Source: Ylistrum balloti
Lineage: Eukaryota
NCBI RefSeq assembly: GCF_031769215.1
Contig: NW_026782087.1
Location: 868,001-932,000 of the forward strand
Direction: 5' to 3'
Length of the DNA stretch: 64,000 nt
Shown in pieces: positions 45,141-64,000 of the stretch. Both the position numbers and the translations under genes were made by a program. How positions within the stretch are numbered: position 1 is the first letter of the stretch; every line of letters begins with the position of its first letter. The notes beneath the pieces were generated by a model, which worked only from the letters and a program-made list of their open reading frames with translations, was not told the DNA's origin and ran no database searches.

Positions 45141-47259
45141 TCGTACAACACACCAAAATTTCTCTGGCTCTGCTAAGCTGATGCACTTCAAAAGTACTTC
45201 TGCTCACTGATTATTACAGTTTGTACCATGTTGTTTTGTTTACCTTTATAAGAGGAATTAGGTGTTGAAACAATTGACATGCTTTTAACATTTAGTTTGA
45301 AAACATTTTCAAGAATGAATTATCATCATCACTTAATCATGGATATTTTAAGCTTTACTTTCCTTGAAATTAAAGATACTTATTTTATCAAATGATGTGC
45401 TTTTGGTTTCACAACTTATTTTATCAAATGATGTGCTTTTGGTTTCACATATTTGTTTTACAGAAATGTTAATTTTATAACGGCAAACTGCAAAATGTTA
45501 CAATTAATCTTTGAACCTTTATATACTGGTGTTTGTATAGAAAACAAGTGTTATATGATGATCGAAATTATAATATTTACAGTCAGATGCTCTCCTTGTA
45601 CTTTTTTTGACTTTTTCCACACCTCTTTTATAAATGATACACATCCTCGGTGATCTACTTAAGGAACTACAATATCTTTCAATCTTTGAAATGTCTAGAT
45701 ACAAATTTTGAGTTTATATTGTTGCAGAGAGCAATTATTTTCTACTGTCCCTGTTGTATGGAGATTGACATATGTAACCTCAGGAATGATCCTTCTAGCA
45801 TGTGACAAAATTAAGTGATGGAAATTTGAATTATTTTCCAGGAGAGAATATCTTATTTAATATAGACAAAGGACAACATTACCAATATAATGTGGATATT
45901 TTGGACAAAGGATTCTCTGTTCCTTAAAAACTCTTGTTACATTTATCTTTAAAACTTTAAATACTGTGATAGTACGTGGCATGGCAGAAGGGGAGATAAT
46001 CTAGAGTACATAAACATTCAAGCAATAGTCAAATCTGTCTGTTGGTTTTCTTTCCATGATGTATATAGGTATTAACAAATATCGTCATGAGGTGATTTCA
46101 CATTATGATAATGCTAACCCCTTATCATTGCAATACTTGTCTAATATAGTGTTAACTGGAATGAAAAGCTTTGCTGTCACATTGATTTTTCACACATTGT
46201 GTGAATGACTGTAATCTTGTACCTTTAGGTATAGGAGTTGTTCAAGATTTCATATTTTTTCTTTATACAAATTTGTTGAAGAATGCTATAATAAATTCTT
46301 ATTAATATGCCAAATTTTGTGGAATGTTATGTTTTAAATATTCATTTTGTGTAAGTAGAAAAGGTCACACTATTTATTACAAATTATTTTGTTTAAGAAA
46401 ATATATATAGACATGGTTGTTAGTATCATAACTAAGATGTGCTGTTTGTGTCCTTGGGCAAGACATTTTACCAGGCTGTTTACATGGTGATTAACTCAAT
46501 ATTTTATCAAAAGGATATGAATTTACAAACTACATATCCAAATGCTAAACCATTACAAAATAATGTTTTCCTGGCAAATGGTAAGAAACTGGAGACCACC
46601 AACACAGCTTTGTATGATGACTTCTATGCTATAACATTGTAAAGAATTGACACACATAACAAGTATCAGCATATCTACATACACTACCACATACTTGTAC
46701 TCTTACATATGGTAGCACAGAAAAGGACAATGATTTCAGCTGCTAATATGAGCAAATCAGTCAAAATCAAATGCACACTAACATTGCATTTGTCTTCAAA
46801 ATTATATTTCCTACCTATGTTGTCAGAAATAGTTATCTACCTTGGATCATGGCTTAAATACACTTGCATTACTGGTTTCAATTTTACATAACCGAAAACA
46901 ATGAGATTTTGTGGTGCATGTATGATCTTACAAAAACAAAAAATATTAACATGACCGATATTTTAATTTTATTTACATATACAATATAATAGCCTTAATT
47001 GTTGCACAGGAAATAAGTTAACATACATGTACTGCATTTCACTTACGCAGTATGAGATGTATGTCATAAATCATGATTGCACAATTGTCTCACAGAATAA
47101 ACATTCAATGAATATTTACAAATGGAAGTCATGCATGAAATGTAGTTCCATATCTGTTTTTGTCATTCACAAACTTCTGATAAACAATGGAGCTGAACAA
47201 TGCAAAGCGACTCTTCACCGTTGAGAGAGAATGACACAACCAGTGGTTTGATATAACGA

Positions 47260-50200
47260 TCAGGAAGTGTTGCTCTTCTGCAGGGATAGGAGTTTGTTGT
47301 GCCAGTCCTCTTCAGAGATATTCTTGGCCCAATCTGGAATGTTTGGTGCAGGAAGGTGGATAGTAGTCATGGCAGCCTTAACTTTCTCAGCATGTCCTGT
47401 AAAACATCACAAGTATCAACTTCATCTTTTATTCTGAAGGCTATAAGAAAACAGAAGGAAATGAAGACTGTATCAACACAATGTATAAGGAAAAATATCT
47501 ACTTCGTTTTCATTTTTTTGTTGGTATCTCTCCTCGTATTATTGAAGAACACTTAAATTAGTACCAAAGGCTTAGGCTCATCTTTTTGTTTACACCTGAA
47601 ATGCAATTACTTTAAATCTGAATTTATATTAATGTGTAAAAGATAAAATATTATTTTCAAATCAAAGTATTCCTATATTGTATATCTAACATTTATCTAC
47701 ATTTATCCAACCACCTATCTTTCACATTTATAAACCCCAGTTAACCGATCTTAAATATTTAACCCCAGTTAACCTCAGATCTTTAACATTTATCCAAGTT
47801 AACATCCTGTCTTTAATATTTTACACCAGTAAACTTCAAACCTTTAACATGTATCTCCAGTTGACTTCATATCCTTGACATTGATCCCAAAAATAACTTC
47901 CTATTTTTAAGAATCTATCTTAAATTAACTTACTATTTTTAAAATCTATCCCCAGTTAACTTGAAATCTGTATCATGAATCCATGTTTAACTTATACCAT
48001 TTATCCTCACATAAGTCCCAATTTTTAATATTTAACCTCATTAAACATGTGATTACAACCTTTACTAAGCAGGTATTGATTTTACCGATTCATATCTTTG
48101 TTTACTACCAAAAAATATGTTAACTACTGATGGTGTATAATATTACAGTACCAGCTGCTCCTTTGGTATTTGAAGTCTTTATATTGAAACAATATTTACC
48201 TTTCATGCTAAATCTATCCTTACCTGGCTCCATTTGTATATTAGATGTTCTCTGTTTGTTCCATAATAGTTCTTTGGATTCAGGCTTTGGTAGGTCTGGT
48301 AACTGTGAAACAACCATAGAAAACAAAGCTAATACATGTATATATATAGCGTACACATCAGACATTGGCATAATAAACCAGGGGGCAGACATTAGCATAA
48401 TAAACCTGGGGGCAGACAATGGCATAATAAACTTGTGGGCAACCATTGGCATAATAGACCTGGGGGCAGACAATGGCATAATCAATTTGCGGGCAGACAT
48501 TGGCATAATAAACCTGGGGGCAGACAATGGCATAATCAACTTGCGGGCAGACATTGGCATAATAAACCTGGGGGCAGACAATGGCATAATAAACCTGGGG
48601 GCAGACATTGGCATAATAAACTTGGGGGCAGACAATGGCATAATAAACCTGGGGGCAGACATTGGCATAATAAACCTGGGGGCAGACATTGGCATAATAA
48701 ACTTGTGGGCAGACAATGTCATTGTAAACTTGCAGGCAGACAATGGCATAAAAACTTGTGGGCAGACATTGGCATAATAAACCTGGGGGCAGGCATTGGC
48801 ATAATAAACTTGCAGGCAGACAATGGCATAAAAACTTGTGGGCAGACATTGGCATAATAAACCTGGGGGCAGACATTGGCATAATAAACCTGGGGGCAGA
48901 CAATGGCATAATAAACTTGCGGGCAGACATTGGCATAATAAACCTGGGGGCAGACAATGGCATAATAAACTTGCGGGCAGACACTGGCATAATAAACTTG
49001 GGAACAGTCTAATGGCATATTAACTTGGAAGACTTACAAAGCCATACCAGGATAATCAACTTGGGAATATATGGACAATGGCATATCAGCTTGGAATGTT
49101 GACAATTATGGCTAAAAACTAATGAAAAACTTCCATAATCAACCTCTGAGTCTGACAACTGCATAACAAACCCGCAAGATTAATGCCATAATCAACTTGA
49201 GAGAAAGAAAACTGACATAACCAGCTTTTGGGGCAAACAATGGCCTAACCAACACCTGAAATGGACAATTGTGTGATCATTTTTTAGGAACAGAGTAAGA
49301 CATTGGTACAATCAACTCCTGGAATAGACAATTGAATATTGACCATATGCAATGAACTTATGTATAACAGATTTGAAAAAAGACTAGCATACTAATTTTA
49401 GTTAACATACTTTTAACAATCAGTACAGAACCATTTGCATCATATTTTTTGTAGCTCATACATACAGCTAATATCAGAGATGAAAGTGGCTGGCATTGGA
49501 AAAGGTGGAAATCTGCCGATCGGCGGAAATTTTTCATCTCTGCTGTAATTCAACTATAGCTTTCAAACGTTCGACTGATGTAAGAGTTATCTTCCTTCAT
49601 ATTATCGATTTGACAATACTGGAAACTCTGTGCTCATAACTGCTCAATGTTTAACTTTACAGTTTATAAGGGCATCTAAATCGAAGAATTTAAGAACGGA
49701 GTTAATGAAGATTGCTTAAAAATAAAATGCATCATCAAAACATACCTAACCCCCCTACCCCTGAAATATTCTCACTGGATTTGCATCGATCTCAAAAATG
49801 ACCAAATTTGTCATGAAAAAGGCAGAAATCCGCCGATTGGCGGAAATTTTTCATATCTAATATGTGTGATATACCTTCATGTAGCCTGTTGCCTGTCCAC
49901 CAGCATTTTGGTGCAGCATAAAATGATCAAGCTTATTTAAAGGTTCAGCTTTGTCTTTATCACAATCAGCAGAAATAGGACCCTCTGCTCCTGCCTCAGT
50001 TAAACTTTCACTGTTCTGACTGGACTGGCTGTGTTCATCAGTGTTCATAACGCTTGTGCCTGTTGTATCACCAGATACATCATCTGGTTCCTGTGGTAAC
50101 ATCTGATATCCATAATAACCATCCCCATCCTCACTTTCACTCTCTGATTCAGAGTTAGCATTGTCAATGACAAACTGTGGCGTAGGAATGTTCTCCACTC

Positions 50201-50267
50201 CCTCTTCGTCCTCATCTGAGGGAGGTCCCTTGTCTGTCTCACCATCTGGCTCAGGCTGGGGAGACAT
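47260..50267 (-). CDS. MEA1: Male-enhanced antigen 1 homolog, 3 coding exons, 202 aa
   Basis: Exons 50267-49875 (MSPQPEPDG...acidic...GYYGYQMLPQEP...GYMK), 48302-48224 (LPDLPKPESKELLWNKQRTSNIQMEP) and 47396-47260 (GHAEKVKAAMTTIHLPAPNIPDWAKNISEEDW...*). Introns are GT-AG and phases are 0 and 1. The C-terminal H-x3-VK-x2-M-x2-I-x-LP-x4-P-x-WA-x2-IS-x3-W matches the MEA1 signature. Confidence 0.82.
48356..49020. repeat. 27-bp minisatellite in an MEA1 intron
   Basis: Unit CAGACA(T/A)TGGCATAATAAACCTGGGGG, about 24 copies, with a degenerate tail to about 49330. It explains the overlapping periodic ORFs. Confidence 0.92.
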
Positions 50268-51329
50268 TCCTGTTATTAGAACTTTCAAAGTGCCTGTAAA
50301 ACAAATAAAAATTAAACCATAAATCAAATTATCAGTAAGGTTAAGATAAGGCCACTGATGCTGAAATAACTTCTTCCTTGAACATTTTTAGCATTTAATT
50401 GTTAAGTACAAATTAATATGTTGTTAAAACCAAATTTACTATGAGAGCAAGAACTAGCTCTAGATTTATAATTCTTGAAGTTGGTTTATAGAGTTTGTAT
50501 TTATGAATATAAGTCAAACAAGGGGCAAGCAAAGTGAAATGGTCAGAATATGTGAAGCCTTCTCCAAATTAGGTAACCACTGACCCTTGTCTTCAATAAA
50601 TGAAATCAAAACCTGTCATTACATTACATATATAGCAATACATGTCTGTCATATCCTTTTCATGTTTAAAATCTTCCGTGTATGTAGGTAGTAATGTAAT
50701 GGAAAGACAACATGCCACAATGTACAATATTTGTATAAAAGCCATTTCATTTTGTTCTATAAAATGTACGTGCCAAACTGAGCCTCTAACGAATTGCGAA
50801 GCAACTTCAACACAACATATATTTTTCCTTGCAGAATCCTTACAATTCTCTTTTATCTGATTTTGAAAATGCGGGATGAAAATTAAATATACTTCTCACT
50901 AACAAGGCTTCAACAGTCTATCTCTCCAAGACTTTTCTCTTTGTAATCACCGAGAAATCTCTCTCTTAAACCTTGCTGACAATGACAACAAATTAAAGCT
51001 ATTTTAAACTATGACATCACAGCATTACTATCATTTCAACTACTGACGGCATATTCCGACAATAAAAAGATGCATCAAACACAAAAATCGATAGGTTGAA
51101 TGTATATCTACTAAAAGATAGTTTTTGTTGAGCACAGTAACAGCGCAACTTGTCCCACGGCAAACTGCAGCTGGACAATCCTTGTGTGGCCCATGAACAT
51201 GTGATGATTCATACGAGGGGCATATTACACAGCAGTTATCAGTGCTTTTGTTAATTATTCATACTTGATCATAAGCTAATTTAACTGAATCTTAGGATGA
51301 GAAGTTCTATGTGTAATGTGTTCATCAGT

Positions 51330-51457
51330 ACTTGTCTGAAAGATTAGTCCGCGCTGTCCATCACCGTCCGCTTGTCAGTGATTGTTATTTCCGGAAACTG
51401 TCGAAGGGAGACAATTCTGAGGACTGCGCATGCTTGATATTCCGTTCCGGTTACAAA

Positions 51458-51460
<3 letters not shown>
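51330..51460. promoter_or_regulatory. Probable bidirectional promoter between MEA1 and PSMC1
   Basis: GC-richer island between head-to-head genes, with ETS-like TTTCCGGAAA (51388-97) and TTCCGG (51445-50), NRF1-like TGCGCATGC (51425-33) and YY1-like AAAATGG at the PSMC1 start. The MEA1 ATG exon begins at an acceptor (50293), so it needs an upstream non-coding exon. Confidence 0.5.
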
Positions 51461-58156
<6,696 letters not shown>

Positions 58157-58869
58157 TGTTTTATGTACAATCAGACTGTCATCCCTAGGACCTGAACAAC
58201 TAGGTCTTGGACATGTGAAGTGCTTTGATGAAATTATCAATTGGAAAATAGTGCAGTTTTGGGAAAAAAACAACATGGTTTCTGTGTGTGAATATCATCA
58301 ACATGAAAGAAAGAATGTGTGAAAGCATAATGTATGTTGGAAATAATGATAAATTAAACATTTGATGTCAGTATGTTTGTATATTATTTGTCAGACTGTA
58401 ACAGGATTGGGTATTACCAAACTTAGCAAAGGAATTCCAAATCCCAGCAGAAATTTTAAGTGAACAGCATACACACTTGTGTATTTCCCAAATGCTTCAC
58501 ATAAAATTGATGATCCAGTCAGTGGCCGTGTTCCAGATTCGCCAATGAACTTTGTATAGACAGTCTAATTTGCATTGGCAGGTTGTATTTCCACAAATTC
58601 CGCCAATCCAAACTGATCTTAGAAAGGATAGTTTGATGCTGACAATAGTTTTAAGTCATTAGAGAGAGAATAACCTTTTATGTTTTCTTTCTAATATTTT
58701 CTATATATAGTTTTTTTTTAGAAAAGGCATAAACATCCAGATATTTTCAAACTGGTATAGAATACCCTTTTAATTTACAAAACACGTGAAAAATGTGGTT
58801 TGTCCGTATTACATAAAAGTGCCTTTATGTAGAATAATTCAAAGATCGTAGATCAGTTGCATGGTATTT

Positions 58870-61175
58870 AAACAACCTGTTGAACGTTAATGGGATTGAT
58901 AACTGTAATGATCCGCTTCCCCCACCCACCCCCCCTCCCCTCCCTCAATTTATCCATGGGTATGGCAATACAGTCATGCACTATCTTAAAGAGTCCCTTC
59001 ACTTTTCTAGAATGGGCCAGCCCAGACTACCCAGCATTGCACCAACACTGGACATGTTCCTGTATCTATAGTAGTATGAAGCAGGTTGCCCTGTGTCTAT
59101 AGTAGAATGAAGCAGACTGCCCTGTGTGTCTATAGTAGAATGAAGCAGGCTGCCCTGTGTGTCTATTAGTATGAAGCAGGCTGTCCTGTGTGTCTATAGT
59201 AGAATGAAGCAGACTGCCCTGTGTGTCTATTAGTATGATGCAGGCTGCCCTGTGTGTCTATAGTAGAATGAAGTAGGCTGTCCTGTGTGTCTATAGTAGA
59301 ATGAAGCAGTCTGCCCTGTGTGTCTATTAGTAAGAAGCAGGTTGCCCTGTGTGTCTATAGTAGAATGAAGCAGACTGCCCTGTGTGTCTATAGTAGAATG
59401 AAGTAGGCTGTCCTGTGTGTCTATAGTAGAATGAAGCAGTCTGCCCTGTGTGTCTATTAGTAAGAAGCAGGTTGCCCTGTGTGTCTATTAGTATGAAGCA
59501 GGCTGCCCTGTGTGTCTAGTAGTATGAAGCAGGTTGCCCTGTGTGTCTATAGTAGTATGAAGCAGGTTGCCCTGTGTGTCTATAGTAGTATGAAGCAGGT
59601 TGCCCTGTGTGTCTATTAGTATGAAGCAGGCTGCCCTGTGTGTCTATTAGTATGAAGCAGGCTGCCCTGTGTGTCTATACGTATGAAGCAGGCTGTCCTG
59701 TGTGTCTATAGTAGTATGAAGCAGGTTGCCCTGTGTGTCTATTAGTATGAAGCAGGCTGTCCTGTGTGTCTGTTAGTATGAAGCAGGCTGCCCTGTGTGT
59801 CTATTAGTATGAAGCAGGCTGTCATGTGTGTCTGTTAGTATGAAGCAGACTGAACTGTGTGTCTGTTAGTATGAAGCAGGCTGCCCTGTGTGCCTATTAG
59901 TATGAATCAGGATGCCCTGTGTGTCTATTAGTATGAAGCAGGCTGCCCTGTGTGCCTATTAGTATGAATCAGGATGCCCTGTGTGTCTATTAGTATGAAG
60001 CAGGTTGCCCTGTGCCTATAAGTATGAAGCAGACTGCCCTGTGTGTCTATTAGTATGAATCAGGATGCCCTGTGTGTCTGTTAGTATGAAGCAGGCTGCC
60101 CTGTGTGCCTATTAGTATGAATCAGGATGCCCTGTGTGTCTATTAGTATGAAGCAGACTGCACCGTGTGCCTATTAGTATGAAGCAGGTAGCCCTGTGTG
60201 TCTATTAGTATGAAGCAGGTTGCCCTGTGCCTATAAGTATGAAGCAGACTGCCCTGTGTGTCTATTAGTATGAAGCAGGCTGTCCTGTGTGTCTGTTAGT
60301 ATGAAGCAGACTGCACCGTGTGCCTATTAGTATGAATCAGGATGCCCTGTGTGTCTATTAGTATGAAGCAGGCTGCCCTGTGTGTCTATTAGTATGAAGC
60401 AGACTGCACCATGTGCCTATTAGTATGAAGCAGGTAGCCCTGTGTGTCTATTAGTATGAAGCAGGTTGCCCTGTGCCTATAAGTATGAAGCAGACTGCCC
60501 TGTGTGTCTATTAGTACGAAGCAGGCTGCCCTGTGTGTCTCTTAGTATGAAGCAGACTGCACTGTGTGTCTATTAGTATGAAGCAGGCTGCCCTGTGTGT
60601 CTATAGTAGTATGAAGCAGGCTGCCCTGTGTGTCTATAGTAGTATGAAGCAGGTTGCTATGTGTGTCTATCCGACGTCAGTCCTGGTAAAGGGGTCCCAT
60701 GCACACTAGGAATATTACAGAGATGGTCTAAATAAGGTCTTGTAAGCTTTTTCTTTAATGGATGTGGACCCTTCTTTCAAATTTCCTCTAAGGAAGCCTA
60801 GAGTAGAATCTGTGTATCCCATTTACAATAAGATTAAATGTTAAGACCCCAATATCTAGCTTCATCTACATGGAGTGATTATCCATATATAGTGTATGTG
60901 TACTTATTAGGGGATTTATTTCTAATCTTTGACACGACATGCTGGGCCAATCAACGAACCCTGTAAGACCCAGACAAGACATTTGCATACTTGGACCTTT
61001 CCCCCTCAACGGCCTGTGTCCTTCCTGGTAGAAGACTTTCAATCACTGTGGCAACAGACTGATTTATACCAGAGTGTCTTAACTTATGAATTGGTATGCG
61101 TAATGACTTCACTGACGGTAATATTCTCAATGATTTTACAGTACACATACGTCAATGAAACTGGATGAAAATTTT
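58870..61175 (-). mobile_element. Decayed CR1/L2-group LINE ORF2 (reverse transcriptase and C-terminus), interrupted by a minisatellite
   Basis: The - strand reads ...IHKLRHSGINQSVATVIESLLPGRTQAVEGERS... then STLGFLRGNLKEGSTSIKEKAYKTLFRPSL*YS*CAWDPF (about 60815-60675), then the array, then RYRNMSSVGAMLGSLGWPILEK*R...FKIVHDCIAI (about 59065-58960). It has multiple stops and frameshifts. Outer boundaries are approximate. Confidence 0.8.
59061..60670. repeat. 31/33-bp minisatellite, about 50 units
   Basis: Unit GTGTCTATTAGTATGAAGCAGGCTGCCCTGT, with 33-bp variants GTGTCTATAGTAG(A/T)ATGAAGCAG... Confidence 0.95.
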
Positions 61176-64000
61176 CAGGTATGAATTTTTGACATTTTTT
61201 TTTTATAAATGGGAGAAACATGGAATGTCAGAGACCGCGGGTAATTAACAGTGAGGATAGATGTTATTTCAGCGCCAACTCTTTGGGATCTTCAGGTCAA
61301 CGTTAGAGTGCTAGTTGTACTGTTGGATCATACATGTACGTCGGCTTTTGTCTTTGCCGTAGTTTCTTCAATAGTTGAATTATGAGGGTCGGAAAGCCAT
61401 GATCTCTAAGATTTTTCCCTTTTGACAATTCTTCCAACCGAAAAATAGAAAAGAGTCAAGTGCTGAATATTTTGAAAAGTAATCATTTTTTTCTACTAGT
61501 GTCTGAGGTCATTGACGTCACTTGCATCACTTTAATCAAGCCCCTCCATTCCCTAGCGACCGGCACGAACGAGGATTCGTCATGGTTTCGTGGAGTAGAA
61601 ATGTTGCAGTGACCGCTATTAATGGAGAACAGCCCATTTAATTGCCAATTTTCATACGGCTATGAATCCTTGTTTTTCCGAAGGGCCATATTCCGTCGTG
61701 AATCCATCAATGGGTCTCCCGGATAAGTGAAATCAAACTCCGTCATGACCCACCATGGTTAATCCGTTGAATATGATCACGTCTGTTACGTTACTTTTGT
61801 CAAATTTGACTTGAGGATCGTCAACACAGAAAGCCGTCAAGTGGCCATCATGTGACCTCTCGTGAACTAGAGTCAAGTTCATTATTATCCGCTTAGTGTA
61901 CTTTCATTCAGCCGTTACTGCCATCGGAAGTGATTTAACTGAACGTCCTATTCAGCGGAGTCATTGCCGTTATGTATAACTTTCACGTTCAAAAATTTGA
62001 AGTTAACGCGCAGCACCCAGTCTTGACGGTGGTGATCTACCAGCGCCAAATACTTCGAACTATTTTTCCAGCTCCTCCATATAGAATTAGGTTTAGTTAT
62101 TCAGGCCGTGAAACAGCACGAGGGCAGGCTTTGATCACGCGTTAATATGCGTGTGACTTCACGGTAAAATTTAATGTAGCAGGTCACGTTTTCCCATTAT
62201 AAACATTGCGTGGTCCGTTATGTAGATGTATTGCGGGAAGCATTCAAAGAGTAGTAAAGTATTATTTACGAGCCAAGCCTGAAAGTCAACCAGCCAGAAG
62301 ACCATCTGTGCGTCTAGTATTTTCGTAGGAATTAAAACACAATGTAAAATGTATTGATGTTGTATCAAAGGTAGAATAATTAATCATTTCATACATAAAG
62401 ATTAAATGGTCTAACACGAAAAACATTACACAGCGTGACTATTGAACCACAACCTCTATTGTGACTCTCCGAAAGAGAGGTACAGTGTGATCCCTGGACG
62501 ATTTTTTCCATGGCTGTTGAAATGAAAATTTCTATCTCGCAACAGCTTCATAAAAGCAAATATTCAATTCTAAAGACTGGTAAATGACTACATCTATTTG
62601 AAAAGACTGGTTCCAGAATTTCCATTTACCAACTTGTTGATGTGTTCTAAGCAGTATATTACGTATATATATACATTATTGGTTATACTACTTAAAAGTT
62701 TCTGTGAAGGTGGTGTATTGATGTCATTCTTTTGGAAACAAAACAATAGACTTTGTATGATTTTACGTCATGATTTTTCTTGGACCACGTGATGTAATAC
62801 CAGTCTAGTGCTATAACATTACAGGGTACATATTTCAAAACTGACGTAATTGATGACGTCAAGGTCAATAAATAAAAACAGGTATCTGGTATCTGGCGAT
62901 CGGTTTTAAATAAAAACATATATGTACTGGTTGGGAAGGAGACTATGTAACCTTAATACTCGACTATTTAGTTATTTGACTGGGTTTGAATTCGTCATGC
63001 CTTAATTCAGTGACACATGACGACAACCCAACATAATACCACAACAATGAGGTGTGATCCTCTTATCGATTTACTTTCTGTTTTATAAACCTCTGAACCA
63101 ACATTGTAAATAATGGGTGCCTAGCGTATCAACTAATTACAGGTTTGGTTGGTCAAGTCTGGCAACGCAAGGTGGGCATCATTTTCACAATTTAGTTTAC
63201 AGGAGCTTTACATCTTACTCAAATATGTCTATATAACAGATGAATTTACTGTCACAAATGATCATATTTCAGATATCAATTCTCTAATATGGTATAAATT
63301 TTCGTCCTCGTTAGATTGAAAAATTGACGCCGGAGAAGTAAGTAAAACAATTATATCAAGATAAACAATTCTAGGCATTCATGAATCGTGGCGCTGGTAG
63401 TACCGATTTTTGTTTTTGTTTTATTTGTCTTTTTCACACGATTGTCTGTTAGCTGAATTTATAGACCCATGGACAGACCGAGTTACATTCCTTGTAGTAT
63501 ATGTGGTGACTTCCTTATTGATAAAATTACAAGAGGTCCGTCGCAAGCCTTCCAGAGCAATTAAGATAAAGCGCCTGGTCTAAATGCTCAACCAAGACAC
63601 TTGTCCGATTTAATTCGATTTAAATCTTTAGTTTGCACTCGATCAGTATATATGATCAATAGATAGATATTTATCCTTTAAATAAATAAATAAATAAATT
63701 TTGTTAACGTGTGCATTATGTAAAAAAATAGTTGTTAAGATAGGGATTATGGTATAACATATTGAACACCCGGTGAATATCAACTAGCAAGACTACAAGA
63801 ATTACCGGTATGAAGTAATTTAAATTCAAATAAGATTAATTCGAACTTAAAGCAATTGATACATTGATATACGTACAAGTCATTGCTTCGTGTTAAGTAT
63901 TATACCTGAGACATATGTGTTATATTTGTGTCTCTGATTATACTTTTAAAATGATCGTCCTCACATACCGTAGTTTGTATAACATTCTTTCGTTATTGTG

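Noticed and set aside
42688-47010. Alternative EGLN1 terminal exons (acceptors near 42688, 42960, 43145, 45729 and 47009)
   Set aside because: Several phase-compatible AG sites exist and the tail is poorly conserved, so I cannot choose without transcript data.
48120-49023. 200-aa periodic ORFs on both strands as stand-alone genes
   Set aside because: By-products of a 27-bp repeat lying inside an MEA1 intron. Only 48224-48302 is a supported exon.
59061-60670. Array as a CRISPR locus
   Set aside because: Units are contiguous with no unique spacers, there are no cas genes, and the context is eukaryotic.

Overview
AT-rich, intron-containing eukaryotic genomic DNA. It is most likely a bivalve or other mollusc; this is inferred from repeat types, gene structures and the cGLR expansion, and was not verified. 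Housekeeping genes reconstructed exon by exon: CHAC2 (-), an intronless ZDHHC22-like palmitoyltransferase (-), EGLN1/PHD2 (+, terminal exon unresolved), MEA1 (-) and PSMC1 (+, 12 coding exons, 440 aa). The accessory part (about 12.7-28.8 kb) is an innate-immunity cluster of three intronless cGAS-like receptors (cGLR, Mab-21 fold) with intact catalytic motifs. One lies on the - strand and two on the + strand, the latter inside a head-to-tail 6.4-kb tandem duplication. The cluster shows a sharp 143-bp gene-conversion tract between the inverted paralogs, a non-synonymous patch between the young copies, ISRE-consensus sites upstream of each gene, and a hammerhead-ribozyme-like hairpin in the divergent intergenic region. 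Other elements: Tigger-like and hAT-like MITEs, a tRNA-derived SINE, L1/Tx1 fragments, a Penelope-like foldback, several minisatellites, and a 1.6-kb minisatellite that appears to have grown from one motif inside a dead LINE ORF2. All coordinates and counts were made by hand; no database search was run.
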